From a bacterium (GTDB lineage Bacteria; Bacteroidota; Ignavibacteria; UBA10030), in NCBI GenBank assembly GCA_043803945.1, contig JAZDJN010000026.1, positions 1 to 64,000 of the forward strand: a stretch of DNA of 64,000 bases, written 5' to 3'. Numbering within the stretch: the first letter of the stretch is position 1; each line of letters opens with the position of its first letter. Shown here piece by piece: positions 10,388 through 18,762 of the stretch. The notes under the pieces are model-generated. The model did no database searches, was not told the DNA's origin, and was given only the letters and a program-made list of their open reading frames with translations. The position numbers and the translations under genes were made by a program.

Positions 10388-11482
10388 ATGTCGAAGTGGA
10401 TTAAAGCAAATCGAGGAGATATTCATTTTGAAGACACGAGCGTCGGTAGATTAAAAAAGAAGATTTGGGATGCCAGCGATGAGGAAATTGACATGATACT
10501 CGCTGAATATGAAATTCCTTCTCCGTCCGAATTGGCAAAACCGGGAACATACATTCAAACGACGGTCCGAAAACATGTAATCGAAAACCGGAAGAAGAAT
10601 GACATTCTCTTCATTCCTATCGGGTGCACAGAGTTGCACGGTATTCATACAGTGACAGCGCTCGACACTTTTATGGTTACACAAATCCTCGAAGGTCTTC
10701 GCCGCTACACAGCAAAAAAGGGCGCCCCTCCAAATCTAACCTGGACACCGCTGAATTTTGGCGGTCATCCGCACCATCACGTCGGAATGCCCGGGACGAT
10801 CCACTTAGAGGATGAAGTGTTGAAAAGGTTATTGATTGATGTGATGGTTGGATTCTGGAATGACGGCTTCAGAAAAATCATTCTCATCAATAATCACGGT
10901 CATTCCTGGCTGCTCGAAGCAGCAATTCAAGAGCTGCAAAAGACATGGAACTTGCCCGGCATATTCAGAATGATTGATTGGCACAGATCTGTGCGAGAAT
11001 TCTTCCGAACAAAAGAGCGCGGCGGAGATTGGGATGATGACTTTGTGCACGCGGACGAAGCAGAAACCTCAGTGCTTCTCCTGTTGGCAAAAGAATACGT
11101 GGAGATGAAGTACGCACAGGAAACGAAAGTCAAACCATATCTCCCGGATGGTCATTTCGACAAGGCTGTCGATCCGTTTGGGCGTCCTTCTCGTTGGTCG
11201 GAAGGTCAAGGACATTTTCCAACGGAGATGGGTTCTATCCCGGAAGGTGTTGTAGGTCGACCGACAATAGGAAAAGCTGAAAAAGCAAAACGAACCATAG
11301 CGGCAATCCTTTCTTATCTGACGTTGGTTCATGATGAAATCAAAGAAGCTTTTCCATCGGGAAAATTGCCTCCGATCGAAAAAACAACTATGCGCACAGA
11401 AAAGGAAATGGAGCCTTATTTAAAGGAACCTTTCACCAAAGGATGGAGACCGATTTACGCTATCCCCAAAATGGGATTATAG
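10388..11482 (+). CDS. iolN: 3-dehydro-scyllo-inosose hydrolase (creatininase fold)
   Basis: IPIGCTELHG, HPHHHVGMPGT, GFWNDGFRK.ILINNHG, FVHADEAETS, PEGVVG, FPSGKLPP motifs; lies between iolM and iolO. Confidence 0.85.
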   Translation: MSKWIKANRGDIHFEDTSVGRLKKKIWDASDEEIDMILAEYEIPSPSELAKPGTYIQTTVRKHVIENRKKNDILFIPIGCTELHGIHTVTALDTFMVTQILEGLRRYTAKKGAPPNLTWTPLNFGGHPHHHVGMPGTIHLEDEVLKRLLIDVMVGFWNDGFRKIILINNHGHSWLLEAAIQELQKTWNLPGIFRMIDWHRSVREFFRTKERGGDWDDDFVHADEAETSVLLLLAKEYVEMKYAQETKVKPYLPDGHFDKAVDPFGRPSRWSEGQGHFPTEMGSIPEGVVGRPTIGKAEKAKRTIAAILSYLTLVHDEIKEAFPSGKLPPIEKTTMRTEKEMEPYLKEPFTKGWRPIYAIPKMGL

Positions 11483-11487
11483 ACTGA

Positions 11488-12300
11488 ATGAAACTGAGCA
11501 TAGTTCTATCGACACAACCTTCGTCATTTTCGGCTTTGGCGTACAAAGGAAATCTATCCGAGAATGTTGCCAAGATAAAACGCTTTGGTTTTGACGGAAT
11601 AGAACTTGCCGTTAGAGATCCAGATCAATTGGATGTCGACTTTCTGAGATCAATATTAAAAGATAACAGTTTGCCCGTTTCCGCTATAGGAACCGGGCAA
11701 GCCTACAATGAAGAAGCACTCTCATTCACCAACCCCCAAAAAGAGATTAGAGAAAGAACAATCAAGCGAATAAAATCTCACGCTAAGTTGGCTGAGAGCT
11801 TGAATGCGATCATAATTATTGGTTTAGTACGAGGCAAAAAGGAATCAGAACTTGGATATGAAACAGTTGAAAATTGGCTCATAGAAGCGTTACAGGAATG
11901 CACTTCGGAATATGATTGCATTAAATTTGCCATCGAACCTATTAACCGGTACGAAACAAATCTTATCAACGATGTCACATCCGGACTTGCGCTTCTTGAA
12001 AAAATTGGTAGGACAAATGTAGGTCTTCTTCTTGATACTTTTCATATGAACATTGAAGAGCCATCCATCATAAAGAGCATAAATACTGCAAGAGAAAGTC
12101 TCTTCCATTTTCACGTTGCCGATTCTAATAGATGGTATCCAGGTGCTGGTCATATCGATTTCAAAGCAATTTTCAATGCACTTGCAGAGATTCACTACAC
12201 CGGCTTCGTTTCTGCGGAAATATTGCCTTTGCCGGATTCTGATACTGCCGCGAAAAAAACTATCGATTTCTTGCGCGATTTGTTAACAAATGAATTATAG
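11488..12300 (+). CDS. iolO: 5-keto-L-gluconate epimerase (AP_endonuc_2 TIM barrel)
   Basis: MKLSIVLST..SFSALAYKG, ELAVRDP, AIGTGQAY, IIGLVRG, EPINRYET, DTFHMNIEE, HVADSNRWYPG. Confidence 0.88.
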   Translation: MKLSIVLSTQPSSFSALAYKGNLSENVAKIKRFGFDGIELAVRDPDQLDVDFLRSILKDNSLPVSAIGTGQAYNEEALSFTNPQKEIRERTIKRIKSHAKLAESLNAIIIIGLVRGKKESELGYETVENWLIEALQECTSEYDCIKFAIEPINRYETNLINDVTSGLALLEKIGRTNVGLLLDTFHMNIEEPSIIKSINTARESLFHFHVADSNRWYPGAGHIDFKAIFNALAEIHYTGFVSAEILPLPDSDTAAKKTIDFLRDLLTNEL

Positions 12301-12365
12301 AGATTCATACGATTTTATTGTGATCGACGGGTTCCGTTTTATCAATATCAAACTTGGAGCGTACC

Positions 12366-13340
12366 ATGCATACTTTTCATAGTAAGAATATTTCCATTTC
12401 GTTTATTCCAAGAAACCGTCTATCATTTGCTATACTTTTCATCACCATTCTCTTCAGTTTCACTACAGCATGGTCGCAGAGCTTTCAAAGTAATTCGACT
12501 CGATTTCTCATTGTTAGCGATTGGGGAGGATCTGCATCGAGCGATCAAATAGCTGTTGCAGCAGCAATGGCAAAAGAAGCCGAACGTATAGGAGCACAGT
12601 TTGTTGTGACAGCGGGAGATAATTATCACGACGATGGCATTACTACTGCAACCGATCCGCGATGGAAAACGGAATTCGAAGATGCCTATGCCTATCCAGC
12701 TCTTCAGATTCCATGGTATCCCTCAATAGGGAATCATGAGTACCGAGGAAATGTGGACAGCGAAATTGAATATTCCAAGCTAAGCACGCGCTGGAAACTT
12801 TCCGCCCGCTATTATACGCAAAAAGAGCAGATCGATGATACCAGTTTCGTTCTTATTGTTCATCTAGATACATCTCCATTTATTGAATCGTACCACAGTG
12901 AATCTAATGTATATCAAGTGGAAGGACAGAATACGAAGAAGCAACTGATCTGGTTGGATTCGGTCCTGACTGTATCGCGGACACGCTGGACGATTGTGGT
13001 TGGACATCATCCCATCTATGCCGCGGCAGCTAAACATGGCGACACAAAAGAATTGAAAGAGAAGGTACTTCCGATACTGACAAAATATCAAGTGCCTCTC
13101 TATGTCTGTGGGCACGACCATGTGTTACAGCATCTAAAAAACGTACAGATGGATTTCATCGTCTGCGGCGGTGGAGCGAAAACACGCGATCCAGATCAAC
13201 GTGATGACGTTGTGTTTGGCATTAGATCGCTGGGCTTTCTTTCTGTATCGGTGACGGCGAAAGATATTCGAGTGAACATCATCAACGATAAGAATACAAT
13301 CCTGCATAGCCTTCAAATCCCCGCGGGGATTTCTCAATGA
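12366..13340 (+). CDS. Secreted ACP5/tartrate-resistant acid phosphatase-like metallophosphoesterase
   Basis: Signal peptide; SDWG, GDNYH, GNHE, VVGHHPIY, CGHDH motifs. Confidence 0.88.
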   Translation: MHTFHSKNISISFIPRNRLSFAILFITILFSFTTAWSQSFQSNSTRFLIVSDWGGSASSDQIAVAAAMAKEAERIGAQFVVTAGDNYHDDGITTATDPRWKTEFEDAYAYPALQIPWYPSIGNHEYRGNVDSEIEYSKLSTRWKLSARYYTQKEQIDDTSFVLIVHLDTSPFIESYHSESNVYQVEGQNTKKQLIWLDSVLTVSRTRWTIVVGHHPIYAAAAKHGDTKELKEKVLPILTKYQVPLYVCGHDHVLQHLKNVQMDFIVCGGGAKTRDPDQRDDVVFGIRSLGFLSVSVTAKDIRVNIINDKNTILHSLQIPAGISQ

Positions 13341-13404
13341 CATTAGGAAAAATCATCTTTGTTGAGAAGTATCGGTAGAAAACTTATCGTATTGATTTTA
13401 TTTC

Positions 13405-14895
13405 ATGCAAAATAACCCAGTTCTAGAAATGCACCACATCTGGAAGATATTCCCGGGCGTCATCGCTTTAGATGATGTCGGTTTTGAACTTCGAAAGGGA
13501 GAGGTGCACGTGCTGCTGGGTGAAAACGGCGCCGGTAAATCTACACTTGTCAAAATTCTCAGCGGGGCATGTCAGAAGACAAGCGGTGAGATTCATCTTT
13601 CTGGTCGTCGAACCGAAATAAAATCTCCAAAACATGCGCAAGAACTCGGAATCACTATCATCTATCAGGAACTACAACTTATACCCGGCCTCACGGCCAC
13701 TGAAAATATTTTTCTCAGTAGAGAGACGACAAACAAATTTGGACTGATAGATTCAAAAGCACTTCTTTTATCAGCTCAAAGCATCTTAGCCAGTCTTGGG
13801 ATCGATATAGACTGCGATTGTCCGGTTAACCATTTTGGAATAGCGCAGCAGCAAATGATCGAAATTGCAAAAGCCTTATCTCTTGACGCAGCCATTCTTA
13901 TCATGGACGAACCTACCTCTGCCCTGTCTGAGACTGAAATCAAACAACTCTTCAACATAATCCGCAGGCTCAAAGCGAAAGGTGTGTCCATCATTTACAT
14001 CTCTCATCGGTTGGAAGAGCTTTTTGAAATCGGCGACAGGGTAACTGTCTTGAGAGATGGGAAGTGTGTCGGCACAAAGAGAATTGATGAAACTTCGCAG
14101 CCTGAATTAATAGGAATGATGGTCAATCGCGAACTAAAAGAACAGTATCCGAAGCAACAAGTTCAGATTGGCGAAGAGGTTCTCAGAGTTGAAAAGCTTT
14201 CGCGGAAAGGTGCAATAAAGAATATAAGCTTCTCGCTCCATCGCGGTGAGATTTTGGGAATAGCCGGTCTCTTAGGATCTGGAAGAACTGAATTGGCGCG
14301 TGCAATTTTTGGTGCAGATAGAATCGACTCCGGAGAAATTTATGTAAAGGGAAAACTGCAGAAGATCAATTCCCCGCGCTCGGCAATAAATCTCCGGATC
14401 GGTTTTCTTACCGAAGATCGCAAATCACAGGGACTGGTATTGAGCCTGTCGGTGAAAGAGAACATTAGCTTATCAAGTCTCGATTCGTTTTCCAGATTCG
14501 GAATTGTTGATATAAAAACAGAAGAGAATAAAGCCGGTTTCTATGTGAACACCTTGCACATAAAGACTCCCAATCTTAAACAAAGGGTGCTCTATTTAAG
14601 CGGCGGTAATCAACAAAAAGTAGTTCTTGCAAAGTGGCTTTGCAGTAAGGTGGATATTTTCATTTTCGATGAACCTACAAGAGGAATAGACGTCAGCAGC
14701 AAAGTTGAGATCTATAAATTGATGAACCAGCTTGCTGCTGAAGGTGTTGCCATCATCATGATATCATCTGAGTTGCCAGAAATCCTTAGTATGAGCGACA
14801 GAATTCTGATTTTGCGTCAACATGAAATTGCTGGAGAAATATCAGCTAAAGCAGCAACTCAGGAAGCACTCATGCGATATGCGTTGGGGGCTTGA
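13405..14895 (+). CDS. Sugar ABC transporter ATP-binding protein (RbsA/MglA type, two NBDs)
   Basis: GENGAGKST, IMDEPT, LSGGNQQKVVLAKW, FDEPTRGIDV. Confidence 0.95.
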   Translation: MQNNPVLEMHHIWKIFPGVIALDDVGFELRKGEVHVLLGENGAGKSTLVKILSGACQKTSGEIHLSGRRTEIKSPKHAQELGITIIYQELQLIPGLTATENIFLSRETTNKFGLIDSKALLLSAQSILASLGIDIDCDCPVNHFGIAQQQMIEIAKALSLDAAILIMDEPTSALSETEIKQLFNIIRRLKAKGVSIIYISHRLEELFEIGDRVTVLRDGKCVGTKRIDETSQPELIGMMVNRELKEQYPKQQVQIGEEVLRVEKLSRKGAIKNISFSLHRGEILGIAGLLGSGRTELARAIFGADRIDSGEIYVKGKLQKINSPRSAINLRIGFLTEDRKSQGLVLSLSVKENISLSSLDSFSRFGIVDIKTEENKAGFYVNTLHIKTPNLKQRVLYLSGGNQQKVVLAKWLCSKVDIFIFDEPTRGIDVSSKVEIYKLMNQLAAEGVAIIMISSELPEILSMSDRILILRQHEIAGEISAKAATQEALMRYALGA

Positions 14896-14936
14896 GAAAA
14901 CATTATGCAAGGCAAAATCGATCTTGACTTGAAAAA

Positions 14937-15893
14937 ATGTTATTCGTGATCACCAAAGATAAAATATTTTATAGCAGCAGGCAGCTCGGAACGTTGATCG
15001 GGTTGGCGATTGTGACGATCTTCTTTTGGACTTTCAGCCCTTACTTCCTGACTGTTTCCAATTTAGCAAATATTGCCGAACAGACTGCAATCAATGCAAT
15101 AATAGCCGCGGGCATGACGTTTGTCATTATCACTGCTGGTATTGATCTTTCCGTCGGATCAATAGTAGCTTTTTCAGGAGTGATTTTGGCGAGCGCGTTG
15201 CACGCTGGAATATCAGAACCATTCGCCATCCTTGCCGGACTTGCAGTTGGAGCAATGTGCGGCTTAATGAACGGCCTTCTGATTAGCTTTGGTCGGTTAC
15301 CCCCATTCATCGCTACTCTCGGTATGATGAGTGTGGCGCGCGGTGCCGCTCTTTTTTATACTGAAGGAAGACCCGTATCAGGTTTTTCTTCAGAGCTGAG
15401 GTTTCTCTCGACGGGTGAGTTGTTAAAAATTCCGATGCCTGTCATTATCATGGTTGTTATCTACGTCATGGCACATTTTGTTTTGAAGAGAACAAAGTTA
15501 GGGAGATATACATACGCAATCGGCGGTAATGAAGAGGCGGCAAATTTATCGGGGATCAATACCAGAGTAATCAAAACTACTATTTACACTCTTTGCGGTT
15601 TATTGAGCGGGTTGGCAGCAGTACTACTCACAGCGCGCTTGAATTCAGCGCAGCCGATTGCTGGCATTATGTACGAATTGGATGCAATAGCAGCAGTGGT
15701 CATCGGTGGAACAAGTTTGATGGGAGGAGAGGGAAAAATATCTGGTACTCTGATTGGCGCTTTCATTATGGGAATTCTGAGAAACGGATTGAATCTCTTA
15801 GGAATTTCTTCCTTCGCCCAGCAAATCGTTATCGGTTCAGTAATCATTTTTGCTGTCTTGATAGATATGGCGCTCAAGAAGAGAAGAAACTGA
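14937..15893 (+). CDS. Sugar ABC transporter permease (RbsC type)
   Basis: GIDLSVGS, PPFIATLG, YAIGGNEEAA.LSGI, YELDAIAAVVIGGTSL. Confidence 0.95.
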   Translation: MLFVITKDKIFYSSRQLGTLIGLAIVTIFFWTFSPYFLTVSNLANIAEQTAINAIIAAGMTFVIITAGIDLSVGSIVAFSGVILASALHAGISEPFAILAGLAVGAMCGLMNGLLISFGRLPPFIATLGMMSVARGAALFYTEGRPVSGFSSELRFLSTGELLKIPMPVIIMVVIYVMAHFVLKRTKLGRYTYAIGGNEEAANLSGINTRVIKTTIYTLCGLLSGLAAVLLTARLNSAQPIAGIMYELDAIAAVVIGGTSLMGGEGKISGTLIGAFIMGILRNGLNLLGISSFAQQIVIGSVIIFAVLIDMALKKRRN

Positions 15894-16040
15894 TGCTTGT
15901 GCTACTTTCAGAAAATATTATTGTATTTCATCACAGATCTCCATCACTGTACAGCATTCCTATGCATTCCACGGCTATCTCTGCGTCTCAGCATTAAGAC
16001 ACAAGTTGTCATAAGTCATAACTCGCAAGAGGATATTTGT

Positions 16041-16985
16041 ATGAAACAAACATTGGTTATATTTTTGGCTATCACCTCTCTTGTACTGTTTGAAACATGC
16101 AGAAAATCTGAAAACATAGATAAACCTGCAATTGCACTGGTGCTAAAGACTTTGAATAATCCTTTCTTTATAGATATGCAGAAAGGAGCTGATTCAGCGG
16201 CTAAGGAGTTGGGAATAGACTTAATAGTCCAAGCTGCAGAACGAGAAGTAGATGTTGAAAAACAGATGCAGATAATTGAAAATCTCATTCAAAGAAAAGT
16301 ATCTGCCATTTGTATCACGCCAAGCGGATCCAAGGAGATTGTGCCAGCCATTATTAAAGCGAATGAGGCAAAAATTCCGGTACTGATTATTGACACTAGA
16401 GTTGATAAGAGATCATTGACTGAATCCGGTGGACACGTAGTAACGTTCATCGGATCGGATAATAAGGATGGCGGTAGAATTGCCGGTGAGTATATTGCAG
16501 ACCGGCTCGGCGGTAAAGGAAATGTCGCAATCTTAGAAGGCATACCGGGTCACGAAACCGGCGATGCAAGACTAAGTGGATTTCATGAAGCTCTTGAAAA
16601 ATATAAGGGAATCAAGATCGTCGCATCTCAAACGGCTAATTGGGAAAGAGACCAGGGATTCAATGTATTTCAGAATATTCTGCAAGCTCATCCGGAAGTA
16701 CAAGCTGTTTTTGCCTGCAATGATATGATGGCCCTTGGCGCTGTCGAAGCAATTTCTGCTGCTCAGAAGAAAAACAAAATTGTTGTCGTCGGTTTCGACG
16801 CCATTAGCGACAGCAGAGTCGCCATATTGATGGATGAAATGCACGGATCGATCGCCCAGCATCCTGAAGAAATGGGAAAGCTTGCCATAGAATACGCTTA
16901 CAAAGCAATCAAAGGCGAGAACGTACCTGCCGAAATGCCGGTAAAAATTGAATTGATAACCAAAGAGCGGCTGATTAAGAAATAG
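16041..16985 (+). CDS. Sugar ABC substrate-binding protein (RbsB type), probable lipoprotein
   Basis: Start ATG 16041 after GAGG; signal peptide ending in Cys; KTLNNPFF, IGSDN, QTANWER, ACNDMMALGA. Confidence 0.92.
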   Translation: MKQTLVIFLAITSLVLFETCRKSENIDKPAIALVLKTLNNPFFIDMQKGADSAAKELGIDLIVQAAEREVDVEKQMQIIENLIQRKVSAICITPSGSKEIVPAIIKANEAKIPVLIIDTRVDKRSLTESGGHVVTFIGSDNKDGGRIAGEYIADRLGGKGNVAILEGIPGHETGDARLSGFHEALEKYKGIKIVASQTANWERDQGFNVFQNILQAHPEVQAVFACNDMMALGAVEAISAAQKKNKIVVVGFDAISDSRVAILMDEMHGSIAQHPEEMGKLAIEYAYKAIKGENVPAEMPVKIELITKERLIKK

Positions 16986-17043
16986 ATACGTGACAGCAAA
17001 TATATTTATAGATAAAATTTAATCCTTTTGGAGAACATAAAAA

Positions 17044-18639
17044 ATGATCAAAAAATCATGGATCTTTTCAATCATCACATGGTCGGTTTTTGTTACTTTA
17101 GCTTTCGGACAATCCAAGTCTGCTGCATCGGCAACGCCAGACAACATCAGGCTGACATGGTCGGAAAGTCCAAAGACGACCCAAACCATAGGCTGGCGTA
17201 CAGATTCCACAGTTGCTAAAGGAGAAGTTCAATACGCAAAATTGGGCCAGGCATTTGCGACATCTTCAACCCCCGCGCCGGAAATTCTTATTACCAACGT
17301 CGGTAAAATCCATCTTTTCTCTACAACTTTGCGAAACCTGCAACCGGGTGCACGGTACCAGTACCGGGTGGGTAACGGTGTTCATTGGAGCGCCACTTAT
17401 ACTTTTGAAACCGAAAACGCTAGTGCGGATAAGTTCGAGTTCATTGTCTTCGGCGATTCGCATAAAAAAAAGCCGGAGTATACTGTTTGGCAGAAGACGG
17501 TTAACAATGCCTATCGACAAAATCCGGATGCAAAGTTTATGATGAGTGTTGGCGATCTGATCTATTCCGGAAAGGATTATGTTCAATGGCAGGCATGGTT
17601 TGCTGCGTGTCAGGATGTTATTGCCCGTATTCCAAATATGCCTGCAATAGGCGATCATGAACCACGGGGCGTAACCAGCAAAGACGAATGGCAAAGACCC
17701 GAGTACTTTATTAAGCTGTTTAAAGTCCCCCAAAATGGACCGACAAATTTCAAAGGTGAAGTCTACTCATTTGATTATGGTTCGGCGCACATTTCGGTAC
17801 TGAACAGTTCGTTTGCATACGAATTTGCGGATTCAGCGAATCGGCAGGCTATGGTTCAGGCTGAAACGGCATGGCTGAATGCCGATCTCGCCGCTACCAC
17901 TAAACCGTGGAAAATAGTCTTGTACCATGATGCTACCTATAATTTAGCTCCGGACCGGTCTGGAATTTATACCAAGACTCATTTTGGACCGATCATCGAT
18001 AAATATCATGTCGATGCAGTCTTCAACGCGCACGACCACGCTATGGCCAGGAGTTATTTCATAAAAAATGAAAGTTTTGTACAAAGTGCAGCAGAAGGTA
18101 CGGTATACTTTATTTCAGGCAGATCGGGCGACAACGCCAAAGAAAGTCTGGTGCGTAAAATATGGCATCCTTTTTTCTATGATCCACAGGCGCAAACCTG
18201 TTATCTTACCGTGGATGTGGATCAAAAGGAACTGACAGTTAAAACCAAACTCGAAGACGGCACGATAGTGGACGTATTCAAGATTAATAAAAATAAACCT
18301 GAAGAGAGTACGCCGGTGATTCCATTCGGTGCATACCAAAGTCCACGTTTTGCTGCATTCGGGAGTCTACTTCAATTCGGCAAACCGCCCGAGCAGAATA
18401 GCACCGGGGAATGGTTTGTCGATATCAATGCTTTGGCTGCTTATCTAACAGGCCAATTCAATCCATTAACTAATACATTCAGTTATAACGAAGGTGATAT
18501 CCAGCTTCAATTGGCCAATGGAATGTTTTTGGATGAATCCAAAACAATGGTTTCATTGACTGGGCTCACTTCGGTAGGCTTTTACTGTAAATACCACCCA
18601 GCTATGAACCTGGTCATAGTGGAACGGTGGAGGGACTGA
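17044..18639 (+). CDS. Secreted metallophosphoesterase with purple-acid-phosphatase FN3-like N-domain and an unrecognised C-terminal domain
   Basis: Signal peptide; PDNIRLTW...LRNLQPGARYQYRVG FN3-like domain; GDSH, GDLIY, GDHE, YH, AHDH metal motifs. Confidence 0.85.
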   Translation: MIKKSWIFSIITWSVFVTLAFGQSKSAASATPDNIRLTWSESPKTTQTIGWRTDSTVAKGEVQYAKLGQAFATSSTPAPEILITNVGKIHLFSTTLRNLQPGARYQYRVGNGVHWSATYTFETENASADKFEFIVFGDSHKKKPEYTVWQKTVNNAYRQNPDAKFMMSVGDLIYSGKDYVQWQAWFAACQDVIARIPNMPAIGDHEPRGVTSKDEWQRPEYFIKLFKVPQNGPTNFKGEVYSFDYGSAHISVLNSSFAYEFADSANRQAMVQAETAWLNADLAATTKPWKIVLYHDATYNLAPDRSGIYTKTHFGPIIDKYHVDAVFNAHDHAMARSYFIKNESFVQSAAEGTVYFISGRSGDNAKESLVRKIWHPFFYDPQAQTCYLTVDVDQKELTVKTKLEDGTIVDVFKINKNKPEESTPVIPFGAYQSPRFAAFGSLLQFGKPPEQNSTGEWFVDINALAAYLTGQFNPLTNTFSYNEGDIQLQLANGMFLDESKTMVSLTGLTSVGFYCKYHPAMNLVIVERWRD

Positions 18640-18762
18640 CAAATATACTGTATAGTCTCGAAGGTATTCAGGAGATGTTTGAAAACACAATTCTACGCCG
18701 TCGCATGTACTCACAAAGGTTTTTATCAATTACAAAATGATAATTGCTAAAACAATAGGGAG

